Below are positions 18,123-27,607 of a stretch of DNA of 64,000 bases, one piece after another. A model generated the notes under the pieces. That model was not told the DNA's origin. It was given only the letters and a program-made list of their open reading frames with translations, and ran no database searches. The stretch's first letter is position 1. Each line of letters opens with the position of its first letter. The translations under genes and the position numbers were made by a program. The DNA is from an uncultured delta proteobacterium (GTDB lineage: Bacteria; Desulfobacterota; Desulfobacteria; Desulfobacterales; QNYZ01): positions 448,001 to 512,000 of the forward strand of contig CAWJQU010000004.1 of the NCBI GenBank assembly GCA_963845145.1, given 5' to 3'.

Positions 18123-19148
18123 TCAGGCTTCTTTCTTCTTCCCCCAAATGAGGTGCCACCATCGACCGACAATAAATCCACAGACACCACCGGCGGAAAG
18201 CAGTAGCATGTTCCAGACATCCCCCATGGATTCAGTGTCTATAAAGGGATCTCGGGGAGGACGCCCCGCGGCCTCGGCCATTTTTTCATTGACCGCTTCA
18301 TCCATACCGGAAAAATTAGCAGCAGGCTGAGCTTGCTCAACGGATGCGCTCACATCCGCACTTGGCACCTGTTTTTGTTTGTCAGATGAATATCCCGTGG
18401 CCGGGGCGGAGATAATTCCAGCTGATAATAGTGGAATCAGGATAACAACCAGCGGATGGCGAACATGGTCTCTCTTGGGCTGGCGTATGATTTTTAAATC
18501 CACCAGAACTTCGGGGCGTTGGTTATATGCGTATTGAAGCGCCATTCCCGTTATCAGCATTTCACCGACTGCAATGGGAAGCTGGGTTGGAAGATAGGCG
18601 GCATAAATCGCGCCCAGATAGCCGATAAGGCTGTATTGGGGTGTGGGTGCATGAGCTAGGGTGGTGCCGAGAATCAATCCCGAAGCCACATATACCATGG
18701 CATCGCCCACCAACCCACCGGCAAAGCCGGCTGCCCACAAAGGCAACCCTAACCTGCGAGAAATTCTGAACGTCCCCCAACCAAACATACACCCAAAAAA
18801 ACCCAAGGCCACGACATTGGCGCCCCAGGTACCAAAACCGCCGTGGGCAAAAAAAGCGGCTTGGAGTAGCAAGCTGACACCCGTCAAGGCGATTCCAATC
18901 CAGGGACCTAGCAAAATGGCCACCATGGGCGTACCGCAGGGATGTGAGCAAGTACCTGTAAAAGCCGGAATGGGGATTAAAGAGATGAAAAAAATTAAGG
19001 CCCCGCCCATTCCCAAAAGCGGCTTTTTTTCGGGAAATTCATGCACAAATTTTTTCATCCTGGCGGCTCCCAGACCCACTAGGGCCACGCCTGCGCCGGT
19101 GTACAATACGGCTGAGCTGCCGGTAATGATGCCTTCGGTAATGTGCAA
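18123..19148 (-). CDS. cbiM: Co/Ni ECF substrate component CbiM with a fused CbiN/NikN-like C-terminus
   Basis: TTG start after AAGGAGG; MHITEG, TCSHPCG, QAAFFAHGG, TQLPIAVGE; C-terminal GMDEAVNEK..AGRPPRDP plus a TM helix. Confidence 0.88.
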   Translation of the reverse strand: MHITEGIITGSSAVLYTGAGVALVGLGAARMKKFVHEFPEKKPLLGMGGALIFFISLIPIPAFTGTCSHPCGTPMVAILLGPWIGIALTGVSLLLQAAFFAHGGFGTWGANVVALGFFGCMFGWGTFRISRRLGLPLWAAGFAGGLVGDAMVYVASGLILGTTLAHAPTPQYSLIGYLGAIYAAYLPTQLPIAVGEMLITGMALQYAYNQRPEVLVDLKIIRQPKRDHVRHPLVVILIPLLSAGIISAPATGYSSDKQKQVPSADVSASVEQAQPAANFSGMDEAVNEKMAEAAGRPPRDPFIDTESMGDVWNMLLLSAGGVCGFIVGRWWHLIWGKKKEA

Positions 19149-19389
19149 AATGCCTCCTTAATGCGCGGTTGCGATTCAGGTTGAGAGTAGTTCTTAAAGG
19201 GAGGGTAAACCGTATTCATAATATAAACTGCAGATACTTTTCTCTTTGTCAACTAAAAAAAACAGCGTGCATTCAAAGAGCAGTAAAAAAATGCGGGGAC
19301 ATTTTAGAGAGTCAGTATTTGCCGTCACTCAAATTATTTTAGGATTTTAAGCGATTATTATTCGGTTTTTAGAAAATAAAATAATGGGA

Positions 19390-19860
19390 TTATTCGGTGA
19401 TAACAAGGCGGATTTCTTTTTCGTCGATATTGTCGGCCTGGGCGCCCCCGCAGCTCGATTTGGTAATTAAATTGACTCTGATCCGAAGCCGGTAGGTGCC
19501 GGGTGCCGGGCACCATACCGTGATATCGTGATCTCCAGGTAATACTTTGGGCGCCTTGTCTTTCGGTTTTTGAAGAACATCCGCGACGATAGAGTAGAAC
19601 AGCCCGGCCGGGGGTGGGTAAGGTGACAGGTCCAGAAGAATTTGAACCGGCTTGCCCACTCGACCGGAGATTATGGACTGGCCAATGTGAACACTGTAGG
19701 CCGGGGTGGACTGCAGATTTGTTTTATTCTTGGCGGTAGTATCGGTTATCTCTGACCCGGAGGCGAGCGGAGCGTTTACCGAAACAATGACTACCAGTAT
19801 AAACCAAGCGACCCGTGTTATTGGAAAGTTATTCGGCAAGAATTTCGGGATTTTATTCAT
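19390..19860 (-). CDS. Hypothetical exported protein
   Basis: N-terminal hydrophobic signal-like stretch; SSCGG near the C-terminus. Confidence 0.55.
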   Translation of the reverse strand: MNKIPKFLPNNFPITRVAWFILVVIVSVNAPLASGSEITDTTAKNKTNLQSTPAYSVHIGQSIISGRVGKPVQILLDLSPYPPPAGLFYSIVADVLQKPKDKAPKVLPGDHDITVWCPAPGTYRLRIRVNLITKSSCGGAQADNIDEKEIRLVITE

Positions 19861-20073
19861 TTCTGCTGCTTTCCATATAAATGGCGCCGTGAAGGGTGCG
19901 CGACTTGACGATTCGGATTATAGTCAATATCATGGTTACATATAAGGGTATTGTCAACACACGCCTCATGTAGATCCGGTAAGATTTCAACTTCTCCCCT
20001 TGCTATTTATTTGGGGCACCATTTGTCGGCCAATGACCGATATGGCCGTAATTTCAAAGAAAAGAGTCGAATC

Positions 20074-21774
20074 ATGGCCAACGATCTCATTCGCACGCTG
20101 CCGAACTATGTGGAATCGTTTCTGACCAAGTGGTCCGAAGGAATGGATAAAGCCGGTTATCTCAAATACACCACGGCCAAGCGGGAGGACTGCATTGAAT
20201 CTTTCAAATACTTCCTCGTTCCGCTCATTCGTCAGATCGAGTCCAAAGGTGGGATCCAAACCTTTGGTAACCTGCTGCAATCGGATGCCGACTGGATCGA
20301 TCCATTTTTTCAGGTCGCCAAGCGTCATCGCTTTCGAGGGGTGACTTTCGAGTTGTTCTTCGGGTGCTTCAAGACATTGGTACATGCCTTTGAAGAGATC
20401 ATCATGGAAATGGAGGCCTTAGCCGATGAAAAGTTAGACGCCGTCAATATCATTCGCCGCTGGGGGGATGTGCTGGAAACCCTGCTGGTGGGAGATTGGG
20501 AGGCCATGTCCCAACCGGAGGCGTTGGTAAAACTGACCGACCACAATCGCTTGTTGACGTTGGAGAAGAACAAGTACGAAAATATCTTCACCGCCACATC
20601 CGATATCGTCATGATTACCGATGACAACGGGATCGTTCTGGAGGCCAACACCGCCGCGTCCCAGTCCCTGGGGCGTCGTCATATTCTGGGTAAATTCTTC
20701 TGGGATGTATTGGCTATCGAAGGTAGAGATATCGATGAAGTCCTTCACTATTACAGCCTGTCCGAAACACATGAAATCACATTGTTTGATGAGTCGGTAT
20801 TTTTTAATCTGAAAATAATCCCCTTGGAAACGGTCAGCCTGGCGACCAAAGGATACATGGTATTATTGACCAATGTCAGTTGTTTCGTCGGCCAGAGGGA
20901 ATCGTTGGAAAAAACAGTCAACGAACGAACAGAAGCTCTGGTCAGTACCGAAAAGCAGTACTTGTCCTTGTTTCAGGCGGCCGGGGGTAGCATCCTTTTG
21001 ATCGATACCGATTTTAAGGTGATCGAAGCCAACCGTCGCACTGGTCAGGTTTTCGGCATTCAACCCAATAATCTACCCGGATTAAACTGTAATTCTTTAT
21101 GCCAGCCGGGGGGTGCACTAACACTGGAAAAAGCCATTCGCAATCTGGATGAAGATAAGGTCTGGGAGGGTGAGATGCAGGGCCGGCGTGATTCGGGGGA
21201 GCTTTTTCCCATGGCGGTGACCATTAATCGTGTGGAAACCCCTGTGCGTACCGTATTCCATGTTCTTGTACGGGATGTTACCCAACAAAAAAACCTTGAA
21301 CGGAACCTGCGACGGGAGAAGTCGCAACTGGAAGAGATGAATATTACCCTTAGAAACGTCATGAAGAGTATTGATACGGAGAGTCAGGAACTCCAAAATG
21401 CCGTCTCCAAAAAGGTCAAGGATCTCATTTTGCCCGCCTTGGATAAAGTTCGCAAAGAGCCTTCGCAACTGGTGCGCAAGGGCTATGTCGATATCATCGA
21501 AGATCAATTGATCAAATTATCTGTTGCCACCGGCGCCGAGAATGATGCCTATCTGCTTAAGCTGACCCCTACTGAAATGAAAATTTGTCAGTTCGTCCAG
21601 GCCGGCAGCAGCACTAAAGAGATCGCCGATGCCATGAATATTTCCGTTGAAACCATCCAGACCCACCGCAAGAACATTCGCAAAAAGCTCGGGTTGCGCG
21701 GCCGACAGGTCAATCTTTACACATACCTCAATAGTCCCGGGGCTGAGTCCAGCCAGATGTCCGCCCAAGTTTAA
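20074..21774 (+). CDS. Sensor (helical, globin-like?) - PAS - PAS - LuxR regulator
   Basis: AKRHRFRGV globin-like motif; two PAS segments; LTPTEMKIC..STKEIA..TIQTHRKNIRKKLGL. Start placed at ATG 20074. Confidence 0.82.
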   Translation: MANDLIRTLPNYVESFLTKWSEGMDKAGYLKYTTAKREDCIESFKYFLVPLIRQIESKGGIQTFGNLLQSDADWIDPFFQVAKRHRFRGVTFELFFGCFKTLVHAFEEIIMEMEALADEKLDAVNIIRRWGDVLETLLVGDWEAMSQPEALVKLTDHNRLLTLEKNKYENIFTATSDIVMITDDNGIVLEANTAASQSLGRRHILGKFFWDVLAIEGRDIDEVLHYYSLSETHEITLFDESVFFNLKIIPLETVSLATKGYMVLLTNVSCFVGQRESLEKTVNERTEALVSTEKQYLSLFQAAGGSILLIDTDFKVIEANRRTGQVFGIQPNNLPGLNCNSLCQPGGALTLEKAIRNLDEDKVWEGEMQGRRDSGELFPMAVTINRVETPVRTVFHVLVRDVTQQKNLERNLRREKSQLEEMNITLRNVMKSIDTESQELQNAVSKKVKDLILPALDKVRKEPSQLVRKGYVDIIEDQLIKLSVATGAENDAYLLKLTPTEMKICQFVQAGSSTKEIADAMNISVETIQTHRKNIRKKLGLRGRQVNLYTYLNSPGAESSQMSAQV

Positions 21775-21836
21775 TCGATCAGGTTTAATCGATCAAGTTT
21801 AACGGGTCAGGTTTAACAGATCAAGTTTAACGGATC
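21767..21836. repeat. 14-bp tandem repeat x5 starting at the regulator stop codon
   Basis: AAGTTTAATCGATC, AGGTTTAATCGATC, AAGTTTAACGGGTC, AGGTTTAACAGATC, AAGTTTAACGGATC. Confidence 0.9.
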
Positions 21837-21934
21837 CGGCATAAAAGATCACGTTTAACCGACCCCTTACCTTCCCCATTTCCCTTTGAACTTAGCTTGA
21901 AAGATGCAGATCAATTCTGCTTTTATCCCAAAAT

Positions 21935-21952
21935 AGGTATGTTTCTATACCC
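21935..21952. promoter_or_regulatory. Putative operator AGGTA-N8-TACCC
   Basis: Upstream of the molybdoenzyme operon. Confidence 0.5.
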
Positions 21953-22019
21953 ATTAATTCCCTGATACATGCCCTTGATATCGCCAACGCTTTACCTCTA
22001 TTTTACCATTACGACATCG

Positions 22020-22161
22020 GAGCCAGTTTCAAAACGTCCCATTTTGTCCAATCTCTGCGTCAGGCTCAAATTTTAATCCTCGAAATACCCAATGTATTCC
22101 TGCGGTTAAAATTTTCGCCTTCCTTGACCTTGAACAAACTGAAACGTTTTGAAATTGGCTC
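22020..22161. mobile_element. 142-bp MITE
   Basis: Terminal IR GAGCCAGTTTCAAAACGT / ACGTTTTGAAATTGGCTC (17/18); ATCG direct repeat on both sides; no ORF. Confidence 0.8.
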
Positions 22162-22241
22162 ATCGAGCCTAAGTTTCTGCACACTCATTTCGATTGAGCA
22201 GGCTGATGGTTTCATTAAGTCTTGGCTCTGGAGGTAACCCC

Positions 22242-22823
22242 TTGGAAAATGCCCGTGACCCCATTTTGACCATAACGGCCATACGCGATTTTTTTGTGGC
22301 CCGCAATGCATCGGATTTGGAGAAATCATATCTATCCCTTGCCATGGGATCCCCGCGTATGGCGTTCGACAGTGAAGATTGGGGCGCGGTGGAGTTCGCT
22401 TTTAACCGTCTTTTTGTGGGGCCGGGTCCTGTGGTCGCACCACCCTATGCTTCGGTTTATATTGACAATGAACCCTTTGTAATGGGTGAAACAACCCTGA
22501 AAATCCGACAACTCTATGAAATGATCGGCTTGATTTCGCCCTGGAAGGAAACCGTTCCGGACGATCACATCGCATTGGAACTTGATGCTTGCCTCCACAT
22601 GCATCAGGGGATTTTAAAAAGTCATGCGTCCCAGCTTGACGCTTTGTATGACTATTTCCTGTCTGAACATATGTCCCGATGGGTACCCAAATTTGTCGAT
22701 AAAGTCAGCCAGGCAGATAGGACGCCCGAAACGATACTCTGGATCTGTCGGCAATTGTCGCAATGGTTGACAATGACGAGCGGCAACGTTTCAGGGCTGT
22801 CGGGACGGGACCGCAATCCTTAA
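22242..22823 (+). CDS. dmsD: TorD/DmsD-family redox enzyme maturation chaperone
   Basis: FNRLFVGP, APPYASVY, PDDHIALEL, HMSRWVP; TTG at 22242 after GGAGG. Confidence 0.88.
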   Translation: MENARDPILTITAIRDFFVARNASDLEKSYLSLAMGSPRMAFDSEDWGAVEFAFNRLFVGPGPVVAPPYASVYIDNEPFVMGETTLKIRQLYEMIGLISPWKETVPDDHIALELDACLHMHQGILKSHASQLDALYDYFLSEHMSRWVPKFVDKVSQADRTPETILWICRQLSQWLTMTSGNVSGLSGRDRNP

Positions 22824-22846
22824 AACCAAGAAAGGAGATTTAAGTT

Positions 22847-25135
22847 ATGGAAAAATGGAGCCGAAAAGAGGTGGAGCAGGCGTTGGCCTCTCCTTTGACC
22901 AGGCGCCAGTTCCTCAGAGGCCTCATGGCGGCAGGGGCCTTGACCGCCTTTCCCGGTGGCTTGATGCAGGCGGTTGCCGCACCCTTTGATATTGCCAACG
23001 ATGAAGTTACCTTTGGGGGACCCTACGAAACATTTAGAAATGCTTGTCCCCGCAATTGTTACGACACTTGCAGTATCAAAACCTTTGTCAAGGATGGTGT
23101 GATCCATTTCACCGAGGGCGCACAGGAATCCACATTTACCAACGGCGGAACCTGCGTCAAGGGAAACAGCTATTGGCGTCAGGTTTACAGCCCGGACCGT
23201 ATCAAATACCCCATGCGCCAGGAAGGAAGGGGGTCGGGCAACTGGAAACGCATTTCCTGGGACGAAGCCCTGGATGAGATCGCCAAAAAAATTCTCGAGA
23301 TCAAGGAAAAGGACGGATCCTTGTTAGGCATGGGACTAACCAAATACTCAGGGAATTTTGGCATCACCAATTACGGTGTGGAAGGCATGATGTCCTCTTT
23401 GGGGTATACCACCCGCTTTGTGGGGACCCCGTGTTGGCCGGCGGGTATTGACGCCCAAAATTACGACATGGGCAACATGTGGTGCAACGACCCCGAAGAT
23501 ATGGTCGACAGTCGCTACATTATAGTCTGGGGGGCCAATCCGGCCTGGTGCTCGGTCCATTCCATGAAGTATCTGTATGAGGCTCAGGATCGGGGTGCCA
23601 AGGTGCTGGTAATCGATCCGGTTTTTACCCAGACGGCTGCCAAGGGAGATGAGTACTGGCAAGTCAAAACCGGTGAAGATGGTGCATTGGCATTAGGTAT
23701 GGCACGTCATGTTTTGGATAAAGGCATGGTGGACACCGATTTTGTCAACACCTATTCTCACGGATTCAGCGAATTTGCTGATTACCTCAAAAAAGAGATC
23801 ACTCTTGAATGGGCGGCCGAAAAGACCGGGATTCCTGCGGATCAAATCGCCGGGGCGGCCGAGGCGTTTGCCAGCCATAAGCCTGCCACCATCTGGATCG
23901 GCTACGGCCTGCAGCGTCACGTCAATGGCGGTGTTACGGTTCGGGCCATCGACGCCCTGGTCGCCATGACCGGTAATGTGGGCAAGGAGGGCGGTGGGGC
24001 GCGTTATGGCCATCTTTCTACCTGGGGGTTCAACTATCACGCTCTGGTGCAGAAACAGCCGGAAGGTTCTGTGGGTTTTACGGGCAAGACAGGGCCCAAG
24101 GGTGAGTTTGATCAAGGGAAGTCAGAAGAGGCTTCTTACTCCGACCGCACCGTGAACATCAACCAGACCGCCCGGGCAATATTAGATACCAACGACCCAC
24201 CCGTGCGGCTATTATGGGTGTCCTGCAAAAATCCGTTTAGCCAGGATTTTGACTTAAACAAGATGAAAAAAGCCTTTGAAAAACTCGAAATGGTCGTGGT
24301 CGTGGATAAATTTTTCACCCAAACCGTGGAGCAGGCCGATATCGTTTTGCCGGTGACCACGTTGTTTGAGGAGTGGACGGTCAACGTCTCCTACTGGCAT
24401 TATTGGCTTAGCCTAAACGAGCAGGCCATCAAGCCAATGTACGAATCCAAGTCCAACATCGAGATTGCTTCGGCACTTTCTAAAAAGATCAACCAACTGG
24501 CTCCCGGAGCCTGTACCTTTCCAGAGGACATAGACACCAAGGAGTGGATGGCCAAGGAGTTTAACAAAGGAATTTACGACCTTTTCGGTATCGACTCCTG
24601 GGAGGACCTGCGAAACGGACCGAAAAAAGCCAAACTGGCCTCTTCGGCATCCTGGAGCGATCTCACCTTTTCGACACCATCGAAAAAGTACGAATTTCTA
24701 TCTGAACTGGCCGCCGAGCATGGCCACGAAGCACTACCCAAATACAAATCCAACCGTAAATCTTCCGGCCCGTTTAGGTTGCTGACACCCCATTCAAAGT
24801 TCAATATTCACTCCCAGTTCCAGCATATTGACTACATGGAAGATTTCAGCCCGGAACCGTTCGTCTATATCCACCCGACGGCGGCGGCTAAAAAGAATAT
24901 TGATGACGGCGACTGGGTAAAAGTTACCAATAAAGTGGGAGAGGTAAAAGTCAAGGCCAAGTTGACCGATAATGTGCCCCGGGACGCACTTTTGATGTAC
25001 GAAGCCTGGTTCAATAAAAGCAGTTATAATGTACAGAACCTGGTAGATGACACATCGGCGGATATGGGGCTTTATAAAACCGGCGCACCTGGTGTGGCCA
25101 TTCACGATCAATTTGCCGATGTGGCGAAAGTATAA
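22847..25135 (+). CDS. Tat-exported molybdopterin oxidoreductase, catalytic subunit (DMSO reductase superfamily, substrate unknown)
   Basis: TRRQFL twin-arginine; CPRNCYDTC..C 4Fe-4S; ISWDEALD, WGANPA, ADIVLP, IHSQF. Confidence 0.9.
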   Translation: MEKWSRKEVEQALASPLTRRQFLRGLMAAGALTAFPGGLMQAVAAPFDIANDEVTFGGPYETFRNACPRNCYDTCSIKTFVKDGVIHFTEGAQESTFTNGGTCVKGNSYWRQVYSPDRIKYPMRQEGRGSGNWKRISWDEALDEIAKKILEIKEKDGSLLGMGLTKYSGNFGITNYGVEGMMSSLGYTTRFVGTPCWPAGIDAQNYDMGNMWCNDPEDMVDSRYIIVWGANPAWCSVHSMKYLYEAQDRGAKVLVIDPVFTQTAAKGDEYWQVKTGEDGALALGMARHVLDKGMVDTDFVNTYSHGFSEFADYLKKEITLEWAAEKTGIPADQIAGAAEAFASHKPATIWIGYGLQRHVNGGVTVRAIDALVAMTGNVGKEGGGARYGHLSTWGFNYHALVQKQPEGSVGFTGKTGPKGEFDQGKSEEASYSDRTVNINQTARAILDTNDPPVRLLWVSCKNPFSQDFDLNKMKKAFEKLEMVVVVDKFFTQTVEQADIVLPVTTLFEEWTVNVSYWHYWLSLNEQAIKPMYESKSNIEIASALSKKINQLAPGACTFPEDIDTKEWMAKEFNKGIYDLFGIDSWEDLRNGPKKAKLASSASWSDLTFSTPSKKYEFLSELAAEHGHEALPKYKSNRKSSGPFRLLTPHSKFNIHSQFQHIDYMEDFSPEPFVYIHPTAAAKKNIDDGDWVKVTNKVGEVKVKAKLTDNVPRDALLMYEAWFNKSSYNVQNLVDDTSADMGLYKTGAPGVAIHDQFADVAKV

Positions 25136-25183
25136 GGCCCAATTTAAGTCTGGGTTTAAGCCTAAGGTTAAGGAGGTTTAGCG

Positions 25184-25746
25184 ATGAAAAAACAGATGGC
25201 GTTTTTAGTGGATGTCAAACGCTGCATCGGCTGTTTTTCTTGTGCCATGGCGTGCAAGAATCAATACCACCAGCCAAAAGGAGTGGTGTGGCGTAAAGTC
25301 TATCCTTTGAGTGAGGATATCTATCCCCACAAAGAACGGGCGTTTCTCTCTTTGGCGTGTAACCACTGTGAAAATCCGACTTGCCTGGAAGTGTGCCCGG
25401 TGGTGGCTTACTACAAGCGGGATGATGATGGTGTGGTGGTCCACGAGCAGGAAAAGTGCATTGGTTGCGGCAATTGTATCCGATCCTGTCCTTACGGTGC
25501 ACCCGTCTATAATCCCAATTTGAAAAAAGCCGAAAAGTGTAGTTTGTGCTGGCAGCGGCTGGATGCCGATCTTAAGCCCGCCTGCGTGCAGAGCTGCCCG
25601 GTGGATGCGTTGGTCCTGGTTGATCTGGCCGAATTGGATGAGCCGGATATCGTACAATATACGGCCGGTTTTCCCAAATTTCCACGAAGCTCAATCCTTC
25701 CGTCCGCTTTCGTCCCCCCCGTCAACCTTTGGAAATAAGGAGGTAA
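25184..25746 (+). CDS. dmsB: DmsB-like 4x[4Fe-4S] subunit; C-terminal frameshift near 25682
   Basis: CIGCFSCAMACK, CNHCENPTC..CP, CIGCGNC..CPY, KCSLC..PACV.SCP. The expected KLNPSVRF tail lies in another frame ending at TAA 25746. Confidence 0.85.
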
Positions 25747-25749
25747 CCG

Positions 25750-26559
25750 ATGAACGATATGGAGCTATCCCTGGTTATTTTTACGGTCCTCAGTCAGGTC
25801 TCGGTTGGGTTGGCGATGATGCTGGCGTTGCGTCAATGGAATACGGCCCAAGGCCCGGATCAATCCTCGGTTCGTACGGAATGGCTGGTCGTGGGCATCG
25901 TCCTTGCCCTTGGCTTGTTGGCCAGTACGTTTCATTTGGGTCATCCCGGTGGAAGCCCCCGGGCCATTTTGCACTTGAGCAATTCATGGCTTTCCCGTGA
26001 GGTGCTGGCCTTCATCGTTTACGGCTTGCTGGTAGTCATTGGGCTGTTGGCCCTTTTTAAAGCGGGTGCCGGTGGCAGGGGCGTTATCAAAATAGCCGCC
26101 GCCATCGGTTTGATCGCATTGGCGGTTTCCGGTATGGTCTATGCCCCGCCGAGCTTTCCAGCCTTGAACAATGGCGTGCCGGTTCTGTTTTATATCCTGA
26201 CAGCCTTTATTCTCGGTTCGGCCTTCTCTTCCTACTTTGCAGGCGAGGGGCATCAACCGCTTCTGGCGCGTATTCTGATGATCAGCCTCGTGGTAGGCCT
26301 GGTGGTCAATTTGATACTACCTTCCATCTGGCTTTCCGGAGGTAACGCCATGCGGTTAACCGGTGCGGCCTATTTTGGATCATCCCTCTACTGGGTGCGC
26401 CTGATCCTTGAATTCGGTATCGGTTTAGCCGTTGTCGTCAAGGCCGGACGGATTCCGGTGTGGCTGCCCCTGATTCTTCTTATCGGTGAGATTATCGGTA
26501 GAATTCTATTTTTTAGCCATGTGGTCCACACTGCGTCAACCATCGGTGGGCTTTCATAA
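25750..26559 (+). CDS. dmsC: DmsC-family membrane anchor
   Basis: ELSLVIFTVLSQ, STFHLGHP, SWLSREV, GEIIGRILFF. Confidence 0.9.
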   Translation: MNDMELSLVIFTVLSQVSVGLAMMLALRQWNTAQGPDQSSVRTEWLVVGIVLALGLLASTFHLGHPGGSPRAILHLSNSWLSREVLAFIVYGLLVVIGLLALFKAGAGGRGVIKIAAAIGLIALAVSGMVYAPPSFPALNNGVPVLFYILTAFILGSAFSSYFAGEGHQPLLARILMISLVVGLVVNLILPSIWLSGGNAMRLTGAAYFGSSLYWVRLILEFGIGLAVVVKAGRIPVWLPLILLIGEIIGRILFFSHVVHTASTIGGLS

Positions 26560-26596
26560 AAAATAACCGGCCGTCGCGAGGCGGCCGGTTATTTTT
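26559..26596 (+). terminator. Bidirectional rho-independent terminator
   Basis: AAAAATAACCGGCCG..CGGCCGGTTATTTTTT. Confidence 0.85.
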
Positions 26597-26817
26597 TCTA
26601 AAATCGAATAAACATGATCCGTTACCATTTGGCACCGAAAATGGGTTCTGATTTTTAAAGACCAGATTATTTTTTAGCTTGCCTAAATTGCAAAATGGGT
26701 TCATTTCGATCGAAATATTGTGTGATGAAAGGCGCTTATCGCGACCCTTTTTCCTAAGGGTGGGTGCAAAGCCAAACAACGTTTTCAATGATGCGATCAT
26801 CCCCGATTGACGATTCC

Positions 26818-26833
26818 GGTATCTATGCCTACC
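26818..26833. promoter_or_regulatory. Putative operator GGTA-N8-TACC
   Basis: Upstream of the metV operon; third copy of the motif. Confidence 0.4.
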
Positions 26834-26941
26834 TTAATACCTTATTTTATATGAACTAGTGCCTTAAAAGGCTGGGTAAATGCGATCGTATGGGTAGAAG
26901 CGAATATTTGATTAACCCGAATATTAAAAGATACCGAGATT

Positions 26942-27607
26942 ATGGTCAAAGCCAAACGAAAACCTATTGGTGAACTCAAAGAGACGCTACAACCGTACAA
27001 ACGAATTCTCAATATCGGTTGTGGCGGCTGCGTATCGGTATGTCTGGCCGGTGGACAAAAAGAAGTGAATGTATTGAATGCGGAGCTGGCAACCGTATTC
27101 AACGACAAAAAAAAGATTTCGGGCCTAACCATCGAACGGCAATGCAATCCACGCTACGTGACTGAAATCAAAGAAGTGATAAAAGACTACGATTGCCTGC
27201 TCTCCATGGCCTGCGGTGCCGGGGTTCAGTTTTTAGCGGAATTTTATCCCGACATCCCCATTTTTCCGGCGGTAAACACCCTCGCTATCGGAATTGACCG
27301 GGAAGTCGGCGTGTACGAAGAGAGATGCCGGGCCTGCGGCGACTGCATCATCGGATTAACGGGCGGCGTTTGCCCCATCACCATGTGTGCCAAGGGTCTA
27401 TTCCATGGGCCTTGCGGCGGCGTAAAAGACGGGCAATGCGAGATCAGCGACGACATTCCGTGTGCCTGGATGGCAGTCTATGAGCGGTTGAAGGCGCAGA
27501 ATAGGCTGGACTGTATCGATAAAATCAGGGAGCCTTCCCATTGGATTAATCAATATCCGCGTACGATTATTCAAGAGGGGTATGCCAAAAAGGGTCCCCC
27601 TAAATGA
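26942..27607 (+). CDS. metV: MetV-like (MTHFR C-terminal-domain) Fe-S/Zn protein
   Basis: GCGGCVSVC..GG, ERQC, ACGAGVQ, CRACGDC, GVCPITMCAKGL.HGPCGG, CAW. Confidence 0.85.
   Translation: MVKAKRKPIGELKETLQPYKRILNIGCGGCVSVCLAGGQKEVNVLNAELATVFNDKKKISGLTIERQCNPRYVTEIKEVIKDYDCLLSMACGAGVQFLAEFYPDIPIFPAVNTLAIGIDREVGVYEERCRACGDCIIGLTGGVCPITMCAKGLFHGPCGGVKDGQCEISDDIPCAWMAVYERLKAQNRLDCIDKIREPSHWINQYPRTIIQEGYAKKGPPK

Noticed and set aside
19149..19389. Cobalamin riboswitch upstream of cbiM
   Set aside because: No B12-box or conserved core seen by eye; an Rfam scan would be needed to exclude it fully.
21767..21836. CRISPR array
   Set aside because: Units are contiguous 14-mers with no spacers, and there are no cas genes; the same holds for 18072-18122.
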